Shown here in pieces: positions 51,736 to 64,000 of a DNA stretch of 64,000 bases. A program made the position numbers and the translations under genes. How positions within the stretch are numbered: position 1 is the stretch's first letter; the number at the start of each line of letters is the position of its first letter. The stretch is taken from the NCBI RefSeq assembly GCF_000315625.1, contig NW_005434574.1, positions 188,224-252,223 of the forward strand, given 5' to 3'. The notes beneath the pieces are model-generated. The model did no database searches, was not told where the DNA came from, and was given only the letters and a program-made list of their open reading frames with translations. The DNA comes from Guillardia theta CCMP2712. Lineage: Eukaryota > Protista > Cryptophyta.

Positions 51736-52868
51736 ATCGCGTCGGATCAGATTGTTGCGTCGAAGGGGGGAGTTATAGACCAAATCGATGACTGGAAGCA
51801 AAATTTGCAAACCCCGATGAAAAGAGATGGTTTCGACGGGGAAACCCCTTGAGCACCCTACCTACCTTTGTCTATGCCCAAAAAGGGGTGCGGGTGCCTC
51901 AGATACAGAGAGAAATGGTTCCACCTTGAGCGTGTGAGAGAACCGCGCGCTGACATGACGAGGCAGCAGCAGGGGCATCAGCATGCTGACCTGTCGCACT
52001 AGCCTAGTAGAGGTGAGGGGATGAAAGAGCTTGAGGAGGGAGTGGAGCTCTGGACGCTGACTCATTTCCAGATGTTGTGTTGAAAGATATTGTGTTGAAA
52101 GATGTTGTGTTGGATCATGAAAGCCTTACCTAGAAAAAGCCATCTAGATCTATGCAGCAGTGTGATCTAGTCATCGAAAGCATGACGACAAACGACACTT
52201 GGCTACTCACTGGGCAAATGCGAGGGAGAGCTCATACGCACAGAAATGCAGTGTAGTGTACTTGAAGAGGATTGACAGGACGTGGTTGAAATGCTCATTG
52301 CGTGATGTGGTGTTGTCAGGCATCGATCATCGTAGGAGAGAGATCCCATCCAATCCCAGCGCAGGCTGGATTTAGTCTTGATGATACCACTAGTAGGTAG
52401 ATCTTGATGCTTTAGTCTTGATGATACCACTAGCAGGTAGATCTTGATGCTTTAGTCTTGATGATACCACTAGTAGGTAGATCTTGATGCTTTAGTCTTG
52501 ATGATACCACTAGCAGGTAGATCTTGATGCTTTAGTCTTGATGATACCACTAGTAGGTAGATCTTGATGCTTTGTACCTCATGCAATATCCACATGTCGA
52601 CATGTTGAGGTGTAGAGAGGAGAAGAATAGAGATGAAATGAAATGGGAATGGATAGTGTCATAGAGATGCATGGGATGCGATGGGGGGGGGAAGGGGATG
52701 GGATGAAAGGGGAGGGTGCGTCTTGAGTTATCTATGCCACCTTTGCTACCAGTGACGCACGGCAGGGCAAAACTCTGCAGCTCAGATCAGATAACGAGCC
52801 CGGCCAGCGTGTCATGCTGACACCGTGGCGGCGGGACAAGGTGTATGCGCAGCGGCTAGATTTCGGAT
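51736..52868 (+). repeat. ~1.1-kb direct repeat, copy 1
   Basis: Matches 54036-55059 along its length. Confidence 0.92.
52371..52573. repeat. 40-bp minisatellite, 5 copies (2 in the second direct repeat)
   Basis: TTTAGTCTTGATGATACCACTAG(T/C)AGGTAGATCTTGATGC. Confidence 0.95.
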
Positions 52869-54035
52869 TCAAAGCAGATTATGCATTAGTCACTCATTTC
52901 ATTGTACCATTGAGTCCATTTTCGGTCCGAGTGACGTGGGCCAAGGACCCTTGACTCGCCTCAGGTCATGTTTGCGGATGAGAACTCAGTCACAACTATC
53001 ATGGCAGCGCGCAGGCTTGAGGGTGACGGTCGGACCCGGAGGTCCGACGCTCACTGAGCTGCATTGGAGTCTGGGGACCGTAATCTTATCATGAGGGCCG
53101 AGATCTCCGGGCGCGGCGCGGCGCCGCGGCCCAGGCTCAGCCCGGTGATGCCAGGATCGGACCGTCACGCTATGCCGGTTACGCCGGCCCTTCAGCTGCA
53201 GTGCGGCCGCCATACTAGCCTACGCCCGACCCCTCAGCCTGGCCACACTGCCCGGGCTCCCGCCTGAAGTCTTTACTTAAAGTAAAGCCTGAACTTGGCT
53301 GGCTTGGCCCGGCCTTGAACCGTGAACAGTGTCCTGCCATGCTGGAGCCTCGGAGTCCGGCGAAGTGACGTCCCTGAGTCGGAGTCCGGCGCTCAGCGGC
53401 TACTACTGCGACAGTGTTACAGTCACGGTACCGGGGTACGGTATCAGCCTGCTGGTACTAAAGCCCGGCCCGGCGGCCCGGGTCGCCGAGTCCCCCGGGG
53501 AGGGGGGCCGGCGCCGGCCTGGGAGCCGCGGCCGCGCTCAGTCACTGGGCCCACATGGAATGGGGAGCGCCGCCGCGTCCGATCACAGTGCCGCTGGCGG
53601 GGCAGGCGGCGGCTCAGCTCGGACTGCGCGCCGCGCGCTGGCACGCTTGATCCGAAAAAAAACCGGCAGGCAGGGGCTGCACACGGTGGTCGTCGGCGGC
53701 GTGCGGCAGCGCCGAACTTGCGAACCGTGAACCCGGCGCGCTGCCTCCGGCGACCGGCCGCACCGGCGGCCGCCCCCGCGGGCCCGGCCCCCTGCCCGGC
53801 CGCGGCCCGCCTCACTGCCTGAGCAGCTGCCGTCTGAGTCATCAACGGGCGTGCTGGTTGCAGGCGAAAGGCTCACGGTCGCCCGGGGGGGGCGGAAGGC
53901 CCTGAGGGCCGCAGGCGCAGCCTGCCCGGCAGTGCTGTACGAAACGGCCAGCCTAACAGTGATCGGACGGCGTTGGTTGGATGAGAGTCGGAACTCGGAA
54001 CTCCGAAGGTTTCAGAAGAAGCGTTCGCACTAGAT

Positions 54036-55059
54036 ATCGCGTCGGATCAGATTGTTGCGTCAAAGGGGGGAGTTGTAGCCAACTTGAAGCAAAAATTGAC
54101 CCCGACTTGTGATGAAAAGGAGTGGTTTCGACGGGGTGGCTGAAAAGGCGACCCCACCCTTGAGCACCCTACCTACCTTTGTCTATGCCCAAAAAGGGGT
54201 GCGGGTGCCTCAGATACAGAGAGAAATGGTTCCACCTTGAGCGTGTGAGAGAACCGCGCGCTGACATGACGAGGCAGCAGCAGGGGCATCAGCATGCTGA
54301 CCTGTCGCACTAGCCTAGTAGAGGTGAGGGGGTCAAAGAGCTTGAGGAGGGAGTGGAGCTCTGGACGCTGACTCATTTCCAGATGTTGTGTCGAAAGATG
54401 TTGTGTTGAAAGATGTTGTGTTGGATCATGAAAGCCTTACCTAGAAAAAGCCATCTAGATCTATACAGCAGTGCGATCTAGTCATCGAAAGCATGACGAC
54501 AAACGACACCTGGCCCCTCACTGGGCAAATGCGAGGGAGAGCTCATACGCACAGAAATGCAGTGTAGTGTACTTGAAGAGGATTGACAGGACGTGGTTGA
54601 AATGCTCATTGCGTGATGCGCTGTTGTCAGGCATCGATCATCGTAGGAAAGAGATCCCAACCAAGCGCAGGCTGGATTTAGTCTTGGTGATACCACGAGT
54701 AGGTAGATCTTGATGCTTTAGTCTTGATGATACCACTAGTAGGTAGATCCTGATGCTTTGTACCTCATGCAATATCAACATGTCGACATGTTGAGGTGTA
54801 GAGAGGAGAAGAATAGAGATGAAATGAAATGGGAAGGGATAGTGTCATAGAGATGCATGGGATGCGATGGGGGGAGGAGGGGATGGGATGAAAGGGGAGG
54901 GTGCGTCTTGAGTTATCTATGCCACCTTTGCTACCAGTGACGCACGGCAGGGCAAAGCTCTGCAGCTCAGATCAGATAACGAGCCCGGCCAGCGTGTCAT
55001 GCTGACACCGCGGCGGCGGGACAAGGTGTATGCGCAGCCTGAGCGGCTAGATTACGGAT
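54036..55059 (+). repeat. ~1.0-kb direct repeat, copy 2
   Basis: Matches 51736-52868. Confidence 0.92.
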
Positions 55060-57054
55060 CATCCAAAGGGCTAATAGGTAAAGTACTTGACATGGGCCAA
55101 GGATCATCATGCCGCAGCGCCCGGCCGCACAGCCGGCTGAGAGCCTGTTCGGTCTGGGCCCGGGGGACGGACTCTGAGCGACCCGGTATGGTACTGGACC
55201 GTGCCTCCGGGCCGCTGTGCAGTGCGGCCCATAAGGCGGCGGCCAGTACCGTACTCAGTGTCTACGGTTTGTCACACGGCACTGTGTCTTTTCGGCTGAG
55301 GCTCTTTCAATGAAGCGAGCCTGAAGAGGCTGAGTCGCCATATTCGATTGTCAGTGTGACTCTGAGGTCACTGACCGTCAGTACGGTGCCAGTCCGACAG
55401 CACTAGAACCGTGAGTACTTGGCCGGATTCCGAAGTTCGGAGTCACAATCATGAGGGCCCGGCCTGTCACCCGGCCGCCCCGGCGGCGCGCGGCGCCCGG
55501 CCGGGCGGCGAGGCCGCGCCGGTTGCCGGTGGCAGTGCCCACCGTGGCACTGGGCCCGGCCGGCCGGGACGCCTTGGCCCAGGCTGCCCCCCCCGGGCCC
55601 CCCGGCGGGACCGATCGGATGATCCCTGAGACCGTGCCTCAGCGGAGAGCCAGTGCCTTTCGCAGCGTTTCACATTGTTGCCCCTCGGGGGCGAATTGTA
55701 TTTTTGCGCCATTACGGGTCGTTTTAGAAGGCTCAAAGGCTGCATGTCAACGTTTCGCCGGGGCCCTCACGAAACGGTGGCAGAAGGTGAAAGGCTGCTG
55801 AAGGTACGCAGACTAAGAGCGATGGTATACGGAGGGAAAGGATTCAATGCTCTGTTTGATGATAGTTTGAAGACATTTGATAGATGAACACCTTCTATCA
55901 ATCTTTTGTTACCAACTTTCGTTGGATCGGCCCAAAAGAAGCAATGGCAAGCACAGTCGGATTTGAAGAAGAACCGAGATCGGCACTTTGTATCACCATC
56001 TATTCACATCAATCTGGGATGCTGCGACCCGATCTACCAAGCATACCATATCCTGCTCTTTGGAAATATTCTATCGTAAAGAAAAAAAACTGCCGTGCTT
56101 TCATTTCGCTCCCACAATACAGCTATGATCAGCAGACAAAAAGATGTTGTCTAGAAGCAGCCTGCTTGAACATTGCCAGCAATGTGGGGAACTCATAACA
56201 GCAATTCATTTCACGATAAAACGTATAGACTCTAGTGCTGAAACCTCCTCAGCTTTCACCAATCACCGCTAGCGGAGATGGGGGAACTAGTAACAATGCA
56301 CACTGCTTTTGCACAGTCTACAAATCTATGACAAAATGTAAGTACTTTGATATACCAATAGGCAACAGTTGATCACATGATTGAAAGGGTTGGATATGCT
56401 CTTCATTGGTGTATCCAGGTCCATGGCTCCTATCCCGCTGCCTTGCCTTCATTGGGTTTCAACACTTTGTCCATCGTCAAGCCGCATTTTGGTCCCCTCT
56501 TCCCCTCCCTGCAATTCAGTGTGACTTGAAAAAAGTACTTTTGAGTGGGAAATACAATGAATATACATCGATTCGTATTGTTGCGTGCGGGCAGGGTTAT
56601 AGCTTTTGTCGCAAAGATCAATATTCTAAAACATATTAAAAAAGATCCGAAGCGATGCCAGTGGAAAACCATTATGGTCCCAACTGACACCTTTTCGGAT
56701 GCACCGTACATGAAACCCAACGTTTCGACGGGAGATTACACAGTCAAAACTATCTCCTGCTACCATATATTGAATTATAAAACCCTATGGAAACAATGTT
56801 CTGAGGGGGACTCGATGTTTCTACAACACACAACGGCAGGCCTCAGTCAATTAAGGGAATTTGCCAGGTTCACAAGCTGAGACTGAGATTGCTTGAAGCA
56901 ACCGTCCACTGATGACAACACTTGATGTGCTATGTACTGTGATTGGACAGCCAGGGCCAGTCTGTCAGTGTGCTGACGTTGAAGGCTCTGATATGAGATC
57001 GAGCGAACCCAACTAGCACGAACTTGATACACAGTCGACAATTTTAACAAACAT

Positions 57055-59290
57055 CATGTATTCTCATTCTCGTCTTGATCGACCCCCTTGTCACCAGCTC
57101 CGGCGTCAGTTCTCTCGGGGAGTTGGACGACCTCTAAGTCTCGACCTGCGAGCATGCCCGTCAGCAACGACAGGGAGAATGGGTTGATGGAGGAGACCAG
57201 GGTCCCTCCCTCCCATCTTGAGAAATTCTTCAAGAGTTTTGAACTGTGAGGAATGAAACTACATCACGTCAGCCCGGCAGTGGAAACGTTGCACATCACG
57301 TCGTGACGCTCGCTACCTCTTTGTAGCTGCTCCCACTCCCGGAGTCATCGCCGCCGTGAGATTCATCCTGATCTGATAATGTTGCAGCGGTATGAGCAAG
57401 GATCAGTGGTAGAGAGGACGAATACCTAATCCTACTTTATACGATCCGAGTCTCTCTGTAAAAGCGCTTTCAATGGGACAGCAGTCAAGGTCTTAATGCG
57501 ATGGTTCACCGCCTCCTTCAAAAAGCCCTTCTCTGCTCACAATCTCCTTGTCAGTCCGGTGTCAGTCTAGCAGGGACAGGAGGGGAAGATTGCCTGCTAA
57601 GACAGACCGCACACTTCCTCCCGTACTTTGAGTTCTCTGGATCGAAAGCTGGGCCCTGCTCAACCGTAAGTTCATGCCATGGCGGAGGATGCTTCCTACA
57701 GAAAGCTTTTCCTCGAGGAGATTGCAGTAGCAGTCTGTGCCGAGATCGTCGGTGGTTTTCTCCTCTTGGAAGATGGAGAGAGTAGCGTCAGGAAGATGGT
57801 GCAAAAAACAAGAATCATTGCACCTGCTTGTCCTCCTCTCACCCTCAAGAGCAAGGGCACCCATGGTTTGTTGTCTGCGAGCACTGCATCAGATGCAGTC
57901 TTGTAGTCCATATTCACTTACAAGTTGGATTACCTCCCTCGATGAAAGGGGCTAAGTTACCCATCCTTTCACCAACATGGTCGGTCCGCGGGGAACACAA
58001 AGAGATGAGAGAATACCTGTTCCGCTCTGCGATACTTGCACTAATCGTAAAGCTGTTAAGGACTAGTATGATACGTAAGTCAGTTCGATGAGAAACACGG
58101 ACATGTTCATATCAACAAACGACCTCAGCAGCCGTTGAGGACAGATGGTGAACAGAAACCAAACGCATATCGCATCATCGTGACTCAACATGACGAGGTA
58201 TCATGAAGAAGTGCGAAGCCAAGGCAAGATGTCAACAAATCATACCATATCATCATATCATACCATATCATACCATATCATGCCATATCATACCATATCA
58301 TGCCATATCATACCATATCATACCATGTCATACCATATCATACCATCATGCTTTCATATCCGAACATTTCAACACTGACTGCAAGGCCTCACCCCCGCAC
58401 AGCAGCCCCGCCACTGTGACCATCGTTGTCATGCTATTCGTCACGAGCTCGCCTCAGCATGAAATAATGAGGACAGAAGTCCTGTATTATTAATACATAA
58501 TCATTTCATTACAACAATGAAATTGAGGCAGCGGTCTCTTCTCCGAAAATGGTGAGAGGGAGCAGGGGGGGCGGGGGGGACTAGAACATGAGCGAGGGAG
58601 CGAACAGAACGCAGGTAGCATGAAGAGGAGAGAGTCATCAGAGCGTGACACAGTTTGAACGCATGGAGATGAAGATTGGAAAACCCGGAGCAGCAAGGGG
58701 GGGGGATGGGGTTGGAGAGAATGAATCTGGCTAGGAACATTCAAACCCCCTTCATGACGAACGCCATGCCTTGACGTGTTCGCAGGTACCGCATTCCTCA
58801 TATTGAGACTCTGCAAGATGCCGGTAGAACGAGTTTCGCTCTGGCTGAACCTTCCTGCCATGATGGACCCTGGGAACTTTGGGAGATGGGGAAACCTGTC
58901 CATCGACCCTGTGAGCTGACAGCGTGCGCGTTTCTGTTCTGACGGCAGGGCAGGAGGAGGGATGGTATACTCCGTACCTTGTGGTGCTGTCGTTCTTCTG
59001 GTTTCTTGTGATTGTTTGCTTGTGATGCCGTTGAGATGCTTGCTTTCGTTTTGTTAAGAACTGTACAACAGGGTTTGCTTTGAGCAGTATGTGTTGTACT
59101 ACCAGAGGCCTTTTGAGGTGAGATCGGCAACGAGGGTCTTGCAGAGGTTGATTCTATAGCTGCAGACAAAGAGCAAGATGCGACGGACGAGCAAGATCAA
59201 CTGAGATTGTTGGGATTGCCATTTTCGATGCGAAAAGATGAAAATTCCAACTCGGAATCTTTTCTTCATGTCTTTGCTCGTCATTCCGTC
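57055..59290 (-). CDS. Probable multi-exon hypothetical gene
   Basis: Exon-like blocks between short GT-AG introns, last exon ...SRWEGGTLVSSINPF...DQDENENT*; no domain recognised. Confidence 0.35.
58240..58346. repeat. (CATAC/CATAT)n pentamer microsatellite
   Basis: Read directly. Confidence 0.9.
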
Positions 59291-60199
59291 TTTCAACGGA
59301 GACGCTGCAAGCTCGTTTCACCGCGGTTTGAAGAAAGAAGAAGATGGAGATGATGATGATGATGATGGAGATGATGATGGAGATGATGATGGAGATGATG
59401 ATGATGATGATGATAACAATAATTGAGATTTTGACTATGCAAGATTCTCTCAGTTCTCTCGCTGCGCGGTGGATGGAGAGCAGACACTGCTGAGACCTGG
59501 GGGAGAGGCAGCTTGGAAGGATATGAGGACTCTCCCACCCGGTTGGAGGAATATGATGATCATGTTTACATGGTTTTGATAGAGATAATGATGATAGTGA
59601 TGGTGGAGATGATTGAGATTATTGAGATGATAGCGATGATGATTGAGATGATAGCGATGATGATAGAGATGATAGCGATGAAAGATATGATAGCTATGAT
59701 TGAGATAATAGTGATGATTTACACTATGAAGATGATGATGGCAATAAAGAGGATGGAGAGGTTGGAGTTGGCAGATGAGGGTCATGGTATTGTGGTGGTT
59801 TAAAGTGCGACGAGAAGCTTGAATTGAAGTTAATAGAGATAGAAATGATGGAGATAGTTGGGCAATGATTGTGGTGGAGATGATTGTCGTTATTATCGTG
59901 ATGATCATTATGAATGCCAGTGATGTTCTTGCAGCTCATCATGAAGAGATCGTTGTTTCCAGTTTGTTGTTGATTTCATGTTTGACAACATTTGCAACGC
60001 AGAGCAGGAGAAGTTGGTTTTCCTCCAAGGCATTTCGCTCACAGAATTGAATCAGCTGTAATTTGAATTGCATCTCATGAAATTCTCCTCACCCTGAGAT
60101 CTTACCGCAGGAGCTCACGAGCATACAGGAAGCATTAGACAAGGTTTTGTTTGGGAAGCATCATGTATGTAAGAGACTGATTCCCATTTGTTCTTGCAA

Positions 60200-62106
60200 A
60201 GAAATATCGGACAGTCGTAGAGTCAGAGATCATACGTCGGCCACGAGTAAACTCGATGTTGAGGTTTCAAAGATATCGGCTGAAGATTATTTCAGGAAGT
60301 GATCATTATTCCTGACGATGAAGACAACGTTGTCCATGGAGTACTCCGGTGGGCCGTCACAACTTCGTGACAACTCAAGAACATCCTTCCGACTTTTCTT
60401 GCAGTGCAGTGAAGAGCAAATACAAGGTGTTTGTCAAACCAGGAACTCACTCTTGGAGGTTGAGCCAACCCCGTGTGTTTTGCGCTTGTGAGTGTTGCTT
60501 GCAGAGGATTCATACCGCTGCCTTTCAAGTCTACGATGCATCTGTTTGCTGCTGGTGAAGACTCGACATTTCAGGTAGTTGGCATATGATGTTTGGAAAC
60601 ATGACGATAGGTTGTCGTTGGCAGGTTGAAGACAGGAAAGTGGCAGGGAAAGTTACCCTCGTCGGGCGTTGGGTATTTGAGCCGACAAGTCAGGTTGGTG
60701 CGCGATGTGGGATGGTGATGACAGCGCGATGATGATTGAGGCGATGATGGTGATGATTGTGTGGATAGAGATGCTCATGAGCCAGAGATGATGATGATGG
60801 AGATGATGATGATGGAGATGATGATGATGGAGATGATGGAGATGATGATGATGATNNNNNNNNNNNNNNNNNNNNNNNNNNNNNNNNNNNNNNNNNNNNN
60901 NNNNNNNNNNNNNNNNNNNNNNNNNNNNNNNNNNNNNNNNNNNNNNNNNNNNNNNTGATGATGGAGATGATGGAGATGATGGAGATGATGGAGATGACGA
61001 CGACGATGAAACCGCCACAAATGATAATGTTATCATGACAGTTCTATATGACTTATTTGTCGCAGGGATCATTCCTGAACCTCACCCTCTCATGGAGAAA
61101 GGGCACCGAGAGTCGTCCGACAGAGGAGGGGGAGGCTGCTGACACGTTTCGATCGTGTTTACTTATCTACGGCTCTCCCTGGCTGATTGAGAACTGTGAA
61201 TGTCTCAGCAGGTGAGCCCTTGTTTGATTTTTCCTGTTCCTGTCAAGCACAACATGTCTTTGAAGTGTATTTGCTCGAACAAGACGGTTTTTCAATTGTG
61301 ATTCTCAACAAATAGACCTTTCTTATCAAATACAACATTCTCACACTGAGTGCAGTGGAGGAGTTTCAATGGCTGTTTGCGGTTTTGGTCAAGCAACGTG
61401 TCGAAGTTGCAGGATGGGGGGGATAGAGAAGGAGTTTCCAGCGTCGTGTGCTCTCTTCGTTAATCAGGGAGCGAAACTACTATTTAAGAGCTCTGTTGCC
61501 AAGTACTCAGCGTTTGGGTTGTACATGGACGGTGCAGGAAGGTCTGCAATGTTGTGAATATATGAAGTGCGTTGTCATGCGTGTTGTGCAGGTGTGTCGT
61601 TGGAGGAAGCGAATTCGTTTGCAACTTTCGAGGAAAGATCTGCATCGATCGCGCTTGTTTTCATGACAATTCCGCTTCTCTCAGGAGTGTGTTTGCGGGG
61701 AAACGCCAAGGTGGCCCTGTGGAGCAGCAGCATGAAACAAAACATGCAGAGCTCACTAAGAGTGTTTGCAAATGAGGTTTCATGTTGCTGTTTCTCCTCC
61801 GCTATGCTCTGAAGTACATCTTAGTATACAGACGTTGAGCTGGAAGACCTTGAGAGCACCGATGGGAAGCTGTGGGAGGACAACAACCGTCCTCGACGAG
61901 TAAGCCCATTGAGCTGAGATGTTCGACACAATCACGATCATGTACAGCTTGTTGAGAAGACTGTGAGATGGCAGCCGTGTGAAGAAGTGAAATCCTTGCT
62001 TGTCGACATGTATGCTCGCATGTCAGAGATGAGCGTTACTCCTCCCTGCCTCTCCCACTCCTCCACAGGTGAAGTTTTTGTCTGTTTGCTCGTTGCATTC
62101 ACACAA

Positions 62107-62205
<99 letters not shown>

Positions 62206-63037
62206 ATGATGGAGATGATGATGATGATGATGATGATGGATGATGATGATGGAGATGATGATGGAGATGATGGAGACCATGAGGTTGATGATGATGATGC
62301 GAAGGTCTGAAGAAGGAGGAAGTGCTGGAGCTGTGCGACGAAGAGAGCATCGAAGAGATGAAGTGAGGAGTGACTTGCCTGGAGGGAACCTGCCATTGTC
62401 ATCTTACTTGTCATCTTACTGCTTTTGATATACTCTGCTCTGCTCTGCTCTGCTCTGCTCTACCTTCCCTCTTCTCTCCTCTTATATTCTCATCTTACAT
62501 TTTCTTGTCGCTCGTCTCCCGTGCTCTCCAATATCCTATTCTCCTTCTTGTCCAATCCTTTCTTGCCCTCCATCTGTCTCTTCGGAGCTATCTCCTCCTC
62601 TTGTTTTCCTTCAAAATTCTCTCCTTGCTCCATCCTTTCCTCTTACCTTCGTCACAGGAAAGCAGAGCAGGTACAACAATCTGAATACTTGCTCAACATC
62701 GGATTTGCGAGCAAGGATGCCACCGAACAAGCAAGACTGACAAAGATCATGAACAACTTTGCAAGACTCGATTCGCCCGACTCAGCGTCCTCGCACGTCT
62801 CGACAACTTCCTTGTCTGAAGACGAGCAAGGCGGGGTCGATCGTGGCAAGCGATCCCGTTCCAAGTCACTTTCACGCTCGAGGGAACGACCAAAGGTAGG
62901 AGGAGGAGTGAAGGAGGAGGAGGATTGAAAGTAAGAGGGAGGGAGGGAGGGAGGGAGGGAGGGGAGTGTAAGAGAGAATCGGAGAGACAGGAACAGATAG
63001 TAGGAAAGAGGGGCAGAGGACGGTGAGGAGGCAGGAG

Positions 63038-63070
<33 letters not shown>

Positions 63071-63870
63071 ATATGATGGTGGTAACTGTTATTTCCAACA
63101 GTATGCGAGGACTGAACCGTCTCTCTCCGCTTCTCGCTTCCATCATCGAACATTTGGGCACGTTTCCTTGCCGAGCAGCAGCATCGAGAGGGAGCCGAGG
63201 AGTAGGAGGGAGGAGGAGCAGGAGGAGCAGGCAGGGAGGCGGTGGAGATTAGAGGAGGGGACATCTGGTGGAGGAGGAAGGAGCTCGAGCGTGCATGGGC
63301 AGGAGCGATACCTGCACAGCAGAGGAGAGGACAGAGGAAGAGGAGGGCGTGCTAGTGTGGGGAGAAGGGGGGGAGGTGGAAGAGGTGGAAGAGGTGGAGG
63401 TTGGGAAAGAGGAGTAAGGAGTTGGGAGGAAGAGGAGGTGGAACAGCGATCGTGGAGGAGACCAGAGGGCCCGCGCGACAGGAGAGGTCGAGACTACTAC
63501 GGTTGGGAAGAGGAGAGGAGGACGAGCTGGAAGGGAGACGGTTGGGAGCAGAGTAGAGTAGAGGGCTGGGGCAGGAGAGAGGGAAGGATGGAGAGGGAGG
63601 ACTGGGAACGGAGAAAGTACGGCGTCTGGGCAAGAAGGGATTGGGAACGGAGAAGGGAAGAGGAGGAAAGGGGAAGAAGGAGGGGGGATGGAGATTGGGA
63701 AGGGAGGAGGGAGGGGGAGGATGGAGAAAGGAGGGAAACTGCAGACCGAGGAAGGAGTGCGTTGGAGGAGGAGGAAGGGAGGAGCCGAAGACAGGAGGGC
63801 ATCGGTCGAGCAGGAGGGCAGGGGGAGGAGGGACACGAGGATACTCTACAGCGGGCGGTCGGATAGAGGA
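60200..63870 (+). CDS. Probable multi-exon hypothetical gene with Arg/Glu/Gly-rich C-terminal region
   Basis: Exon-like blocks (DTFRSCLLIYGSPWLIENCE, VRWQPCEEVKSLLVDMYARM, EYLLNIGFASKDA) with canonical splice sites; no domain recognised. Confidence 0.35.
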
Positions 63871-64000
63871 GAAAGACGAGGGGAGGAGGAGGGCTGGAGT
63901 GAACAGCTGGTTTGGTGCAAGCGGAGAAGGGTGGAAAGAAGACATGGGCAGCATGCTGAAGGATGATGGGGGGAGGAGGAGGAGAATGACGGTGTCAGCT

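Noticed and set aside
50942-52573. CRISPR-like arrays
   Set aside because: The 64-bp and 40-bp units are head-to-tail with no unique spacers; no cas genes; eukaryotic context.
53322-53876. Ala/Arg/Pro/Gly-rich ORFs in GC-rich tracts
   Set aside because: Stop-poor composition with no domain, and comparable tracts carry frame-breaking indels between paralogs.
51736-55059. LTR retrotransposon
   Set aside because: No TG...CA ends, primer-binding site or gag/pol sequence recognised between the repeats.

Overview
Eukaryotic nuclear DNA with short (~50 nt) GT-AG introns, CTGAC/CTAA branch points, purine/pyrimidine microsatellites and three 100-N gaps. Intron style and bipartite plastid-targeting leaders suggest a secondary-plastid alga such as a cryptophyte (inference). 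Main contents: (1) seven full-length and three fragmentary intronless TKL-type protein kinases with near-identical cores and swapped variable cassettes; (2) a ~5.1-kb TIR-bounded DNA transposon (30794-35896) encoding a spliced RAG1-core/Transib/Chapaev-like DDE transposase and a convergent BAH-like ORF, lying between two inverted kinase copies; (3) GC-rich scrambled tracts which, when paralogous copies are compared, grow by a stereotyped insertion X-c-revcomp(X)-g-X, as expected for hairpin-type excision footprints, often with a ~72-bp C...G MITE; (4) ordinary genes: RAP/OPR-like protein, F-box+SMI1/KNR4 protein, SDR, CDP-DAG synthase and several hypotheticals. All assignments come from reading motifs by eye; no searches were run.
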